Positions 1-8,993 of a stretch of 32,000 nt of DNA are shown piece after piece (the stretch's first letter is position 1; every line of letters begins with the position of its first letter). Location of the stretch: contig NZ_JHXR01000001.1 of the NCBI RefSeq assembly GCF_000621645.1, forward strand, positions 330,001-362,000, read 5' to 3'. Origin of the DNA: Vibrio cholerae ATCC 14035. GTDB taxonomy: Bacteria > Pseudomonadota > Gammaproteobacteria > Enterobacterales > Vibrionaceae. A model generated the notes under the pieces. That model saw nothing but the letters and a program-made list of their open reading frames with translations, was not told the DNA's origin and ran no database searches. The position numbers and the translations under genes were made by a program.

Positions 1-167
1 CACTGACAGACCCCAAATGGTTTGGCGAAGGTATGGGCATAGCGGTGCGCAAGCAAGATAAAGAGCTAACCGAAAAACTCGATGCGGCGATTACGGCACT
101 GCGTGAAAAAGGGATTTATCAACAAATACAAGCTAAATACTTCAAGTATGACGTTTACGGTGAATAA
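1..167 (+). CDS. Periplasmic polar amino-acid ABC transporter substrate-binding protein, C-terminal fragment (5' end lies outside the window)
   Basis: Frame 3 is open from the window edge to TAA at 165-167. It translates ...LTDPKWFGEGMGIAVRKQDKELTEKLDAAITALREKGIYQQIQAKYFKYDVYGE, which resembles the C-terminal lobe of HisJ/ArgT/ArtJ-type binding proteins. Two cognate permease genes follow. Confidence 0.8.
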   Translation, partial: LTDPKWFGEGMGIAVRKQDKELTEKLDAAITALREKGIYQQIQAKYFKYDVYGE

Positions 168-188
168 AAGCGCTTCTTATCACTTCGA

Positions 189-211
189 GTTGCCGTCCAC
201 AGGACGGTAGC
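189..211 (+). promoter_or_regulatory. Intercistronic stem-loop 1 (core CCGTCC-ACA-GGACGG, extendable with G-U pairs); no U-tract
   Basis: Direct reading: CCGTCC at 193-198 pairs with GGACGG at 202-207 around an ACA triloop. Flanking bases 189-192 and 208-211 extend the stem with two G-U pairs. It lies between the binding-protein stop (167) and the permease start (315). Confidence 0.45.
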
Positions 212-249
212 TTGAAATCATGGATTCGCGATTAAAGCTCACAGTATTT

Positions 250-289
250 CGGGTTGTTGGCACTCGTTCCTGATGTCACCAACAACCCG
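250..289 (+). promoter_or_regulatory. Intercistronic stem-loop 2: perfect 11-bp stem (CGGGTTGTTGG / CCAACAACCCG) with an 18-nt loop; no U-tract
   Basis: Direct reading: 250-260 is the exact reverse complement of 279-289. The ATG at 273 that the ORF track uses as a start sits inside the loop. Confidence 0.55.
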
Positions 290-314
290 TAATCCAACTC
301 AGGGAACGAGTCAT

Positions 315-1055
315 ATGCTGGATTTACAAGGCTATGAAGCCTCTATTCTGAAAGGCGCGCTGCTGACTATTGAAATTGCCGTGCTGTCACTTTTGCTAGC
401 GATGCTGCTAGGCATGTTAGGCGCACTCGCTAAAATGGCACCCTACCGCTGGGCTCGAGCCATTGCGACACTCTATACCACCATCATTCGCGGTATTCCG
501 GATTTAGTACTCATGATGCTGATTTTCTTTGGTGGGCAGATTTTACTCAACAATGGTCTCAGTTGGTTTAATGAGTTCATCAACCAATGGCTGACAGCCC
601 GAGATCCGAATCATGAATGGGTAGCCTATCTGCCCGATTATGTAGATATCAGCCCTTTTGTCGCGGGCGTGTTAACCATCGGCTTCATTTTTGGGGCTTA
701 TATGGCGGAAACGTTTCGTGGCGCGATCCTTGCCGTGGATAAAGGTGAACTCGAGGCGGCGAAAGCTTACGGCATGAGTGCTGCCATGAGCTTTCGGCGA
801 ATTTTATTACCGCAGATGATTCGCCATGCTATTCCTGGTTTTGGCAATAACTGGCTGGTGCTGCTGAAAACGACCGCTCTTGTCTCAATCATCGGCCTTG
901 AAGATATGGTACGCATCAGTTCACTGGCGGCTGGCTCGACCAAGATGCCGTTTACCTTTTATATGGCGGTGGCCATCATCTTTCTATTTTTTACCAGTGT
1001 GTCGACCGGTTTGCTCAAGCTGCTAGAACGTAAATTCAGTATTCATACGAGGTAA
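315..1055 (+). CDS. Polar amino-acid ABC transporter permease (HisQ/ArtQ family)
   Basis: ORF 273-1055. The start is re-set to the ATG at 315 (MLDLQGYEASILKGALLT...), which aligns with the HisQ N-terminus as I recall it (MLYGFSGVILQGALVT...). Contains the EAA-loop region KGELEAAKAYGMS...FRRILLPQ. Multi-pass membrane protein. Confidence 0.9.
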   Translation: MLDLQGYEASILKGALLTIEIAVLSLLLAMLLGMLGALAKMAPYRWARAIATLYTTIIRGIPDLVLMMLIFFGGQILLNNGLSWFNEFINQWLTARDPNHEWVAYLPDYVDISPFVAGVLTIGFIFGAYMAETFRGAILAVDKGELEAAKAYGMSAAMSFRRILLPQMIRHAIPGFGNNWLVLLKTTALVSIIGLEDMVRISSLAAGSTKMPFTFYMAVAIIFLFFTSVSTGLLKLLERKFSIHTR

Positions 1056-1057
1056 AG

Positions 1058-1735
1058 ATGGACTTTTCTCTGATTATCGACAGTTTGCCTATTTACCTAA
1101 GTGGACTTTGGACCACTGTCTGGCTAGTGAGCCTTTCACTCGTAATCGGCTTGCTGTGCGCCATTCCGCTGGCGATTGCCCGAAATAGCAAGCAAAAATG
1201 GTTTAGCCTTCCGGCATGGGGATACATCTATTTTCTGCGTGGAACGCCACTCTTAGTGCAGCTTTATCTGATTTATTACGGTATGGATCAGTGGTTTCCG
1301 GTCAAAGATACTTTATGGGAGCATGCTTGGTTCTGTGCTTTGGTGGCCTTTATCTTAAATACCTCGGCCTATACGGCGGAAATTATCCGTGGGGCGATCA
1401 ACGGGCTTCCGAAAGGCGAGGTGGAAGCCGCCAAAGCTTATGGTATGAGCCGTTTTCAAACTTACCAAAGAATTATTTTACCTAGTGCGCTGCGTCGTTC
1501 CTTACCTGCTTACAGTAATGAAGTGATTTTTATGCTGCATGGCAGTGCCGTGGCAGGGATCGTCACCATCATGGATTTGACTGGCGCGGCACGATTAGTC
1601 AATTCTCGATACTATGCGCCATTTGAAGCTTTTTTGAGTGCAGGGCTGTTTTATATGGCGCTGACTTTCATCATTTTGTGGTGTTTTAAACAGGCGGAAC
1701 AACGTTTTCTTGCCTACCTAAAACCTCGCAGCTAA
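1058..1735 (+). CDS. Polar amino-acid ABC transporter permease (HisM/ArtM family)
   Basis: The ATG lies 2 nt after the upstream stop, preceded by GAGG. Contains the EAA loop KGEVEAAKAYGMSRFQTYQRIILPSA. Hydrophobic multi-pass profile. Confidence 0.92.
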   Translation: MDFSLIIDSLPIYLSGLWTTVWLVSLSLVIGLLCAIPLAIARNSKQKWFSLPAWGYIYFLRGTPLLVQLYLIYYGMDQWFPVKDTLWEHAWFCALVAFILNTSAYTAEIIRGAINGLPKGEVEAAKAYGMSRFQTYQRIILPSALRRSLPAYSNEVIFMLHGSAVAGIVTIMDLTGAARLVNSRYYAPFEAFLSAGLFYMALTFIILWCFKQAEQRFLAYLKPRS

Positions 1736-1738
1736 ATA

Positions 1739-1770
1739 AAAAATCCCCATCAATGTCGATGGGGATTTTT
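1739..1770. terminator. Bidirectional rho-independent terminator between the convergent permease gene and xthA
   Basis: AAAAATCCCCATC (1739-1751) and GATGGGGATTTTT (1758-1770) are exact reverse complements around a 6-nt loop. This gives a GC core with A/T tracts on both sides. Confidence 0.8.
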
Positions 1771-1793
1771 AAGTAAGCCGTCAGAGCACTCGA

Positions 1794-2600
1794 TTACTTG
1801 AATGTTGTCCAGATAGGCGCATGATCGGAAGGTTTATCGATCGCACGTAACTCATAATCGATGCCAGCCTCTTGACAAGTTTCAGCCAGTGTTGGTGTTG
1901 CCAAAATCACATCGATCCGAAGTCCACGGTTGTCTTCAAAGCCGCGTGAGCGGTAATCAAACCACGAAAATTGGTCACTGACGTCAGGATGCAATTGGCG
2001 GAAAGTATCGACCAATCCCCAATCTAAAAGCGTTTGTAACCACTCACGCTCTTCTGGTTGAAATGAACATTTACCTGTTTGTAACCAGCGTTTGCGGTTG
2101 GCTTCGCCGATACCAATATCCAGATCGAGTGGGCTGATATTGATGTCACCCATCACGACCAGACGCTCTGAATTACTGCGGTGTTCACGCAGATAGGTCA
2201 TCAAATCACGATAAAACTGACGTTTGTAAGGAAACTTGGTTTCGTGTTCGACGTTATCACCTTGTGGGAAATAGCCATTGAGAATGGTGGTCTTCTGCCC
2301 ATTCTGATCAGCGAATGTCGCCATGATCATGCGCTTTTGGTGTTCTTCATTGTCGGTTGGAAAGCCTTTGATCACTTCGACAGGCGTTTGTTTGCATAAA
2401 ATGGCCACACCGTAGTGCGCTTTTTGACCGTGAAAATAGACTTGATAGCCCATGGCCTCGACTTCTTGACGAGGAAACGCCTCATCATGGACTTTGATCT
2501 CTTGTAGGCCAATCACATCAGGTTGATGCTTGTCGATCAACGCTTGCAGTTGATGCAATCTGGCTCTGAGTCCATTTATGTTGAAGCTGATAACTTTCAT
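1794..2600 (-). CDS. xthA: Exodeoxyribonuclease III (AP endonuclease VI)
   Basis: ORF 1794-2639. The start is re-set to the ATG at 2600 ([19 protein letters not shown]...), giving 268 aa, collinear with E. coli XthA as I recall it ([19 protein letters not shown] ... PSDHAPVWATF). Confidence 0.95.
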   Translation of the reverse strand: MKVISFNINGLRARLHQLQALIDKHQPDVIGLQEIKVHDEAFPRQEVEAMGYQVYFHGQKAHYGVAILCKQTPVEVIKGFPTDNEEHQKRMIMATFADQNGQKTTILNGYFPQGDNVEHETKFPYKRQFYRDLMTYLREHRSNSERLVVMGDINISPLDLDIGIGEANRKRWLQTGKCSFQPEEREWLQTLLDWGLVDTFRQLHPDVSDQFSWFDYRSRGFEDNRGLRIDVILATPTLAETCQEAGIDYELRAIDKPSDHAPIWTTFK

Positions 2601-2797
2601 TGCGATTCCTTTTGGTTGACTTGGGACTGATGTTATCACCTAAGCTCGGGATCTCAAGTCCGGCGAATTATTGGTTCAATAGTGAACCAACAAAGTAAGC
2701 AAAAGGTAACAAAGTTGTTGTTTAAAAGAATCAATAGACTTATTTTTAGCCTTATCACTCGATATACATGTCTAAAACGCAAACATAAGGATGTTGT

Positions 2798-4918
2798 ATG
2801 CGCCAAATTTCTGTTCAGTGGAAAATCACACTACTTGCGGGGCTTTGTCTGGTTTTTACTTCTCTCGCTTTAATCGGTTTTTCAATCTACAACGCGCGTG
2901 CGAGCCAGCAAACCGCCAAGCTGCAAAGTTCGGAGTCTGTCATTGATAAATCACAGCAACTGCTGCAAACCGGTGCTTTATTGAACGCGACAGAGATTTC
3001 AGAGTACCTCAGTGAAGCGATATATCGTGCGGAAATGTTGGCCGCGAATGCTCTGTTTTTGAAAAATAATTCAGAAGAAAACTTCGGTGAAAGTGAGGTG
3101 TTACGCACGTCGCTTGATGAAATGGTGCGTAAATCCGTACTTGGCTTTGACACCATAGAAGGCGCTTATCTGGTATTTCGTCCCAATATGCTCGACAGTG
3201 AAGATTCCAATTATGTTAATGCAGATTATGTTGGCTCAAACGATATTGGTCAGTTTGCCGCCTACTGGACCAAGGCGGCAAATGGGCAAAACGTGATTTC
3301 CCGCGTATTAACTCAAGCGCAACTCACAGAAGAATCGAATAAGGAGCGTTTTGTCTGCCCGATTGAGCAAGCATCGCCCTGTATTACATCGCCGCGCATG
3401 GTGGAGTTTGAAACGGGACGCTATCTGGCCACGTCGCTGTCTGTGCCGATTTTGATTGATGGTGTCGCCATCGGCTTTTATGGCATTGATCTGACGCTCG
3501 CGCCTTTGATTGGTATCACTCAAAAATCCGATAACAACCTGTTTGATGGACAAGGTAAAGTGTCGATTGTCAGTGAAAACAATGCGTTAGTGGCGAGTGA
3601 TGCTGCTTTTTTAACCCTTGGCGAAACTTTTCAAAGCGAGAACCTCAGCCGCTCAACGGTGAGTTCATTGTTGCAGGCTGGGCAAGTCAACACTCAATGG
3701 AGTGAAGATGGACAATGGTTAGTGGTTTTTGCTCCTATCAAAGTGGCGAATCAAAACTGGGGTATCATTTTTGAAATGCCACGTCAAAGTGTCATGCAAG
3801 ATGCCGAACAACTGGACATTTTACTTACAGAACAACTTGAGCGCGGCATTCGTAGTGAATTGATGGTGGGTACGCTTATGGTCGTCGTGGGGCTATTGGT
3901 GGTCGCTCTTATGGCGATGCGTTTGGTGAGACCAATTCGAGCGGTTGCTGAACGATTACAAGATATTTCCTCTGGTGAAGGGGATTTAACTCAGCGTTTG
4001 CAGGTGAATTCTGCCGATGAAATTGGCCAACTGGCACAGGGCTTTAACCTTTTTATGGATAAGTTACAGCCGATCATCCGCCGAGTTGTGGATAATACGG
4101 GACAAGTCGTGAGTACCACCGAGCAGGTCAAAAGTACGGTTGAATCAACGCGCCGTAGCAGCGAAGCGCAATTTAAAGAAGTCGACAGTGTGGCAACCGC
4201 CGCAGAGGAGATGACTCAAACCTCAGCACATGTTGTCGAGAATGCTCAGCGTGCGGTGAATGCGGCGAGCGATGCTCAGCGAGCTGCCCAAACAGGGGAT
4301 GAAGTGATCCGCCATTCACAGATGCAGATGAACCAGTTGGTGGACAGAATGAATCTTGCCGTTCCTGTCGTGGAAGAGTTAGCACGCAACAACACTGGGA
4401 TTATTGAAATCTTAAGTGTGATTGAAGGCATTTCAGAGCAAACCAACTTGCTTGCATTAAATGCGGCGATTGAAGCGGCTCGAGCTGGAGAGCAAGGCCG
4501 CGGTTTTGCTGTTGTTGCCGATGAAGTGCGCAGCCTTGCTAGTCGTACTCAAGCTTCTGTTGGTGAAATTCGGTCCGTTATCAACAAAGTTGAATTGGGT
4601 ACGCAAGATGTCGTGAAAGCGATTCAAGGCAGCAATGAAACCGCACAAGCTACGGCAGAGCAAGTCGCGGATGCAGTTACTCAGCTCAACCGAGTGTTTT
4701 CGGCGATTCATGCCATCAACGAGATGAGTCATCAAATCGTGCAAGCTGCGCAAGATCAGCAGACGGTATCGGCTCAAGTGACTCAAAGCGTGGTCAATAT
4801 TCGCGATTTAAGTGCGCAAATTCTTTCAGAAACGGAAGCATCCGAAAAAGTGGGAGAGCAAATTGCGCGGTTGTCGTTTGAACAACAAACTCTCGTCGGG
4901 CAGTTTAAAGTGAACTGA
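2798..4918 (+). CDS. Methyl-accepting chemotaxis protein with a large periplasmic Cache-type sensor, HAMP and MCP signalling domains
   Basis: TM1 is [22 protein letters not shown], followed by a periplasmic region of about 320 aa, then TM2 ([20 protein letters not shown]). HAMP region: [24 protein letters not shown]...[16 protein letters not shown]. Conserved signalling hairpin: [35 protein letters not shown]. Confidence 0.95.
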   Translation: MRQISVQWKITLLAGLCLVFTSLALIGFSIYNARASQQTAKLQSSESVIDKSQQLLQTGALLNATEISEYLSEAIYRAEMLAANALFLKNNSEENFGESEVLRTSLDEMVRKSVLGFDTIEGAYLVFRPNMLDSEDSNYVNADYVGSNDIGQFAAYWTKAANGQNVISRVLTQAQLTEESNKERFVCPIEQASPCITSPRMVEFETGRYLATSLSVPILIDGVAIGFYGIDLTLAPLIGITQKSDNNLFDGQGKVSIVSENNALVASDAAFLTLGETFQSENLSRSTVSSLLQAGQVNTQWSEDGQWLVVFAPIKVANQNWGIIFEMPRQSVMQDAEQLDILLTEQLERGIRSELMVGTLMVVVGLLVVALMAMRLVRPIRAVAERLQDISSGEGDLTQRLQVNSADEIGQLAQGFNLFMDKLQPIIRRVVDNTGQVVSTTEQVKSTVESTRRSSEAQFKEVDSVATAAEEMTQTSAHVVENAQRAVNAASDAQRAAQTGDEVIRHSQMQMNQLVDRMNLAVPVVEELARNNTGIIEILSVIEGISEQTNLLALNAAIEAARAGEQGRGFAVVADEVRSLASRTQASVGEIRSVINKVELGTQDVVKAIQGSNETAQATAEQVADAVTQLNRVFSAIHAINEMSHQIVQAAQDQQTVSAQVTQSVVNIRDLSAQILSETEASEKVGEQIARLSFEQQTLVGQFKVN

Positions 4919-4929
4919 GGCCAAGCGTT

Positions 4930-4954
4930 GTCAGACGAGAGTTACTCGTCTGAC
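4930..4954. terminator. Hairpin between convergent genes (10-bp stem GTCAGACGAG / CTCGTCTGAC, 5-nt loop); putative bidirectional terminator without clear U-tracts
   Basis: Direct reading. The loop and right arm overlap the last codons and the stop (4942-4944) of the minus-strand ybaM-like gene. Confidence 0.45.
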
Positions 4955-5154
4955 AGGGGGGCGATGGTTTTTGGTTGAATGCTGGGTGATACTGCAGCGT
5001 CTGCCAGTTTTTGTTCAAAATCGCGTTTGACGATCTCAAGCGCAGCAAGCGCGATCTGGGGTTCAATCGCATGAGACTCTAATAAAAAGATAAGATCGAC
5101 CGCGAGTTTGATCTCATCAGAGGCTTCATTCAGTGGAATCGATGGAGTCGACAT
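4942..5154 (-). CDS. YbaM-family small protein (DUF2496)
   Basis: 70-aa ORF. The core DEIKLAVDLIFLLESHAIEPQIALAALEIVKRDFEQKL matches E. coli YbaM as I recall it (DDVKLAVDLIVLLEENQIP...LDIVKRDYEKKL). It lies directly downstream of priC, as in E. coli. Confidence 0.75.
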   Translation of the reverse strand: MSTPSIPLNEASDEIKLAVDLIFLLESHAIEPQIALAALEIVKRDFEQKLADAAVSPSIQPKTIAPLSDE

Positions 5155-5706
5155 TTACGCTTTTCTCTCTTGAGTGGTAATTCGTTTCTCAATTTTTATT
5201 TTTGCTTCACGGCAGCGGTTGAGTCGCTGCTCGGATTGCAACAGAGCTTGCTGAGCCGCCGCTTTTTCTGTTGCCGAGGCTTGCTCAAGCAACAGGGCTT
5301 TATCACGCACCAAATCCATCAAACGCCGTTCCCAATCTTGATGTTGAGCCAGCTCCTGATAAAGCTCATTAATGGGTTTTTTAAAATAAGCGTGCGGTTT
5401 CGGTTCGTTACGACGCACATTTTGAGTTGAAAGCTCACGAGTCAGTGCAGCGATTTGTGCAAGTAGCCGTTCAGATAAATATTCCGCGCGCAATGCCGTC
5501 AAACGTCCACTCTCTTTTTCACGGATTAAGGCTTGCAGTGTTGAATGAGCTTCTTCAACACAAGGTGTTAATAGCTTTCCGTGGCAATGGAATAACACCT
5601 CATCAAATAATGGGCGATGATGTTCACCACGTTGACGGTCGAGCTGGGCGGCAGAATGCTTGAGCTCGTTGAGAATCGTATGAAATTTGCTGTAGCTCTC
5701 CATCAT
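5155..5706 (-). CDS. priC: Primosomal replication protein N'' (PriC)
   Basis: ORF 5155-5718. Motifs HQDWERRLMDLV and RLNRCREAKIKIEKRI parallel E. coli PriC as I recall it (HQDFERRLREMV, RLARCRHALEKIENRL). The start is uncertain (5718, 5706 or 5703); I prefer 5706 because it forms an ATGA overlap with the upstream stop. Confidence 0.8.
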   Translation of the reverse strand: MMESYSKFHTILNELKHSAAQLDRQRGEHHRPLFDEVLFHCHGKLLTPCVEEAHSTLQALIREKESGRLTALRAEYLSERLLAQIAALTRELSTQNVRRNEPKPHAYFKKPINELYQELAQHQDWERRLMDLVRDKALLLEQASATEKAAAQQALLQSEQRLNRCREAKIKIEKRITTQERKA

Positions 5707-6482
5707 CCCACCCACCATGCGTCATAAGCCAATTTCCCCGCCAAAATCGTGACCACTAAAATAAATAGGGGACGGATAAACGGAGCTCCAAAGCGAATGG
5801 CTGAGTGAGCTCCGACGTACGCTCCCGCCATCAAACAGACTCCCATCGTCAAACCCAACAGCCAATCAATATGACCGAGTAGGGCAAAAGTCACCAGTGA
5901 GGTGAAATTACTGGTTAAATTCATAGCTTTGGCAAGTCCCGAAGCCAGCAGGATATTGAAGCGATACAACGCCATTGAGCTGACCGTCCAGAACGCGCCA
6001 GTGCCAGGACCCGCTAAGCCATCATAAAATCCTAGCCCTATGCCTTGCAGGATCTGCTTGCGATGCAATTTAGGGCATGGTTCAGGCGTGACACTTTGTT
6101 CCGTTTGATGGGGGCGATGTAAAACCGTATATAAAGCCGCAGCCAGAATAATCAGCGGGAGTACTTTACGTAGCCAATCCGTGCTGATCGCATCAACGGC
6201 CAAAGTGCCCAGTATGGCGCCAATCAAGGTTGCAATAAAAGCGCGTTTCCAACATGCAGGATCAAAGAGTTTTTGACGATAGTAAGTCCATGCCGCGGTT
6301 GATGAAGCAAACGTCGCAGCTAATTTATTGGTTCCCAAAGCCAAATGAGGCGGTAAACCTAGCGAAAGTAGCGCTGGTACGGTCAACATTCCGCCGCCGC
6401 CTGCGACCGCATCGATAAATCCGGCAATAAAAGCAACAAGAGCCAGCACCATTATCGTGGTGGGTTCTATCCATTCCATCAA
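5703..6482 (-). CDS. TSUP family (TauE/SafE, YfcA-like) integral membrane transporter
   Basis: 259-aa polytopic protein. The N-terminal motif AGFIDAVAGGGGMLTVPALL...LGTNKL is typical of YfcA/DUF81 proteins. Confidence 0.85.
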   Translation of the reverse strand: MMEWIEPTTIMVLALVAFIAGFIDAVAGGGGMLTVPALLSLGLPPHLALGTNKLAATFASSTAAWTYYRQKLFDPACWKRAFIATLIGAILGTLAVDAISTDWLRKVLPLIILAAALYTVLHRPHQTEQSVTPEPCPKLHRKQILQGIGLGFYDGLAGPGTGAFWTVSSMALYRFNILLASGLAKAMNLTSNFTSLVTFALLGHIDWLLGLTMGVCLMAGAYVGAHSAIRFGAPFIRPLFILVVTILAGKLAYDAWWVG

Positions 6483-6519
6483 AAGCGCAATCCTAATTGT
6501 GGTGAGTTAATCGTTATTA

Positions 6520-8595
6520 TCAGTATTCAATCGTGCGCTTAAAGGGCGGTAAGGCATCCAACAACGCTTTTCCGTAACGCTTTGATACTACCCGCCGATC
6601 AAGGATGACCACTCTACCAGAATCTCGCTCTTTGCGCAGTAGACGCCCAACAGACTGGATGAGCTTTTTGCTGGCTTCAGGAACGGTAATTTGCATGAAA
6701 GGGTTACCGCCCAGCTCTTGAATATATTCGGCATGTGCTTGTTCTACCGGAGAGGTTGGAACGGCAAAGGGGATTTTGGTGATGATCAGATTTTCGAGGA
6801 GTTCACCGGGCAAATCTAGACCTTCCGAAAAACTTCCAGTGCCAAATAAAACACTGGTTTTCTGTTTTTCAATCAGCTTTTTATGTTTATTTAGAATTTC
6901 TGATCGAGATTTCTCACCTTGCACCTGCAGTGCCCAACCACGTTTTGTGAACTCGACTTTTAAAGACTCTGCCACTTCACGCATTTGCCAATAAGAAGCA
7001 AAGAGGACCAAATTGGCTTTGTCAGCTTGCAGATAACACAATACTTTTTTGGCTAAATAGGCAGTATAGCCCTCGGCTTGTGGCTCCATTTCCATTTTTG
7101 GGATCAGCAATTCACCTTGCGTAGGGTAATCAAATGGCGAGGCTAAAGCTAAAAATTGCACTCCATCTTCCGCTTTGTCACTGATCCCAGCTTGCCGACA
7201 GAAGAAGCCGAATGAATTTAATGCTCTTAAGGTTGCAGAAACTAATATCGCGCCCACACAGCGGCTCCAAAGCTGCTGATCCAGTTGCCAGCCGATTTCG
7301 AGTGGCGAAACACTGACTAAATAGTCACCTTCTCGTTCAGGACTGACTTCAAGCCAGCGTGCTAAAGGGGCCCCTTTATCTTTGTTAGGTTTTGCCATCA
7401 GTTGCCATACTTGGGTCAAGTTTTCTAGACGTTGTACGTAAAACCCCAATTCGCCCAACGCAGGTTCAGCGATGCGTGTTGCAAGTTCGCCTTCTTTTAC
7501 TTTTTCAGCAATTAAATCAGCTACTTTACTCACAGATTGCATCGCTTTTTGTGATGACTTACTAAGTGCTTGTGACTCATCAGCCAGCCATTGTGGTAAC
7601 TCGCCGTGCTCAAAACGGTAAATTCCCTCAACAAATTGTTCAGCCATAAACTGTTTGGGTAACTGATTCAAAGTCGGGATTAAGTACTGTATCGCCGTGC
7701 GCGCCTCTTCAGCGAATCGCTCGGCACGTTTTTCATCACCTAGAGCGGTGAACTTGGATAAGGATTGATTGAGCTTTTCTAGCCAGCTTGCGGCTCCTTT
7801 TAACGTCGCGGCTGCCGATGCATGCTCGCGCGCGACCGTAGGGAGATGGTGCGCTTCGTCAAAAACATAAATCGTTTCTTCGGGTGCGGGGAGGATAACG
7901 CCCCCACCTAAGTCCGCGTCGGCCATCACTAGACTATGGTTAGCAATAATCACATCGGCCTTATCCAGTTCTGAACGTGCCTTCTGAAACGGACAGTGGC
8001 GATGAACACTAAAGCTGCCATTACAACTATGTTTATCGCTGACAATGACTGACCACAATTCATCACTAATCGGACTTGGCCAGCCATCACGGTCACCATC
8101 CCATTTCCCTTGGCTTAGGGCAGTATGCAGCTCTGCAAGCAGCTCTGTCTCATGAGGTTTGGGTTTACTTTCAAATAGCGCGATTTGCCCATCATCAATC
8201 CCACAGGCTGCGGCTAAACGTTCGCTACAACAATAACGTTGACGGCCTTTCGCAAGAATAAATGAGAAGTTTTGATCACTGATCCTGCGATAAAGCGGTA
8301 AGTCTTTATTGAGCAGTTGCTCTTGAAGAGCCACTGTGGCTGTGGAGATCACGACTTTCCGCTTATTCACCACCGCCACAGGGATAACCGCCATTAAATA
8401 GGAGAGAGACTTTCCTATGCCTGTTCCTGCTTCGGCCACTAACATTTGAGTCGATTTGTGATAAGCCCCACAAAGGGTTTTGGCCATCTCGGCAACTAGG
8501 AAATTTTGAGCGCGACGAGGAATGAAATTTTCCAATTGATTTTGTAGATTTTGATAACTGTTGCGAATGGAATCTTGAATGTTTTTTGTCAGCAT
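6520..8595 (-). CDS. dinG: ATP-dependent DNA helicase DinG (XPD-like, Fe-S)
   Basis: ORF 6520-8631. The start is re-set to the ATG at 8595 (MLTKNIQDSIRNSYQNLQNQLENFIPRRAQ...), which aligns with the E. coli DinG N-terminus as I recall it. Contains Walker A (AEAGTGIGKS), a DEAH box (VFDEAHHL) and a Cys-rich Fe-S region (RYCCSER...HSCNGSF...HRHCPF). Confidence 0.93.
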   Translation of the reverse strand: MLTKNIQDSIRNSYQNLQNQLENFIPRRAQNFLVAEMAKTLCGAYHKSTQMLVAEAGTGIGKSLSYLMAVIPVAVVNKRKVVISTATVALQEQLLNKDLPLYRRISDQNFSFILAKGRQRYCCSERLAAACGIDDGQIALFESKPKPHETELLAELHTALSQGKWDGDRDGWPSPISDELWSVIVSDKHSCNGSFSVHRHCPFQKARSELDKADVIIANHSLVMADADLGGGVILPAPEETIYVFDEAHHLPTVAREHASAAATLKGAASWLEKLNQSLSKFTALGDEKRAERFAEEARTAIQYLIPTLNQLPKQFMAEQFVEGIYRFEHGELPQWLADESQALSKSSQKAMQSVSKVADLIAEKVKEGELATRIAEPALGELGFYVQRLENLTQVWQLMAKPNKDKGAPLARWLEVSPEREGDYLVSVSPLEIGWQLDQQLWSRCVGAILVSATLRALNSFGFFCRQAGISDKAEDGVQFLALASPFDYPTQGELLIPKMEMEPQAEGYTAYLAKKVLCYLQADKANLVLFASYWQMREVAESLKVEFTKRGWALQVQGEKSRSEILNKHKKLIEKQKTSVLFGTGSFSEGLDLPGELLENLIITKIPFAVPTSPVEQAHAEYIQELGGNPFMQITVPEASKKLIQSVGRLLRKERDSGRVVILDRRVVSKRYGKALLDALPPFKRTIEY

Positions 8596-8963
8596 AGAGG
8601 TGTCCAAAGTACGATGGCGCGATGGTAGCACAGATCACTGAGTGATACCTACTTCACGAAATCGTATGCTTTTAATAGAAATCTAGATCTTGTTCACAAA
8701 TAAAAACTGAACCTTCAGAGACTTAAATTTATTTTGTTTTATAAAAAATATATAGCTCCAAATCCTAGGTTTGATTTTTATTAATATCCTAATTTCGCCA
8801 TTTAAATGTTAATTTTTGGAGTTTTATTCTGGTTTTCTGTCGGGTTGTAATCCTGTGATTTCGTCTGTTTTTGTTAAGAACTAAGCCGAAAAAAATCATG
8901 AAATAAATGTAATTTATTGAATTTTAAGGTTTTATGTTTTTTTCTTTGTTTTTTTTATGGTAT

Positions 8964-8993
8964 TTGACATGCAGAATATTCTTTTGCAATCTT
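8964..8993 (+). promoter_or_regulatory. Candidate ompT promoter: TTGACA (8964-8969), then TG-c-AATCTT (8985-8993) as an extended -10-like element with an 18-bp spacer
   Basis: Hexamers were read directly. The -10 is weak and no transcription-start information is available. Confidence 0.25.

Noticed and set aside
1216-1485. Nested or overlapping alternative-frame ORFs inside well-supported genes (for example 1216-1485, 2181-2399, 4457-4786, 14469-14910, 20713-21081, 30681-31154)
   Set aside because: Each lies wholly within a strongly supported conserved CDS in another frame or strand. They lack start-site signals and have skewed composition typical of out-of-frame translation.
2739-2765. Possible sigma-28 (FliA) promoter for the MCP gene (CTCGATAT as the -10, CTTATTTT as the -35)
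   Set aside because: It matches only 5/8 and 4/8 to the TAAAGTTT-N11-GCCGATAA consensus as I recall it, which is too weak to report as a feature.
8771-8869. CRP/FNR-like elements upstream of ompT: TTGAT-TTTT-ATTAA at 8771-8784, and TGTGA-N6-CTGTT at 8854-8869
   Set aside because: The first is a 9/10 match, but in very AT-rich DNA and roughly 190 bp upstream of the candidate -35 hexamer. The second has only one good half-site. Neither is strong enough to call without a matrix score or footprint data.
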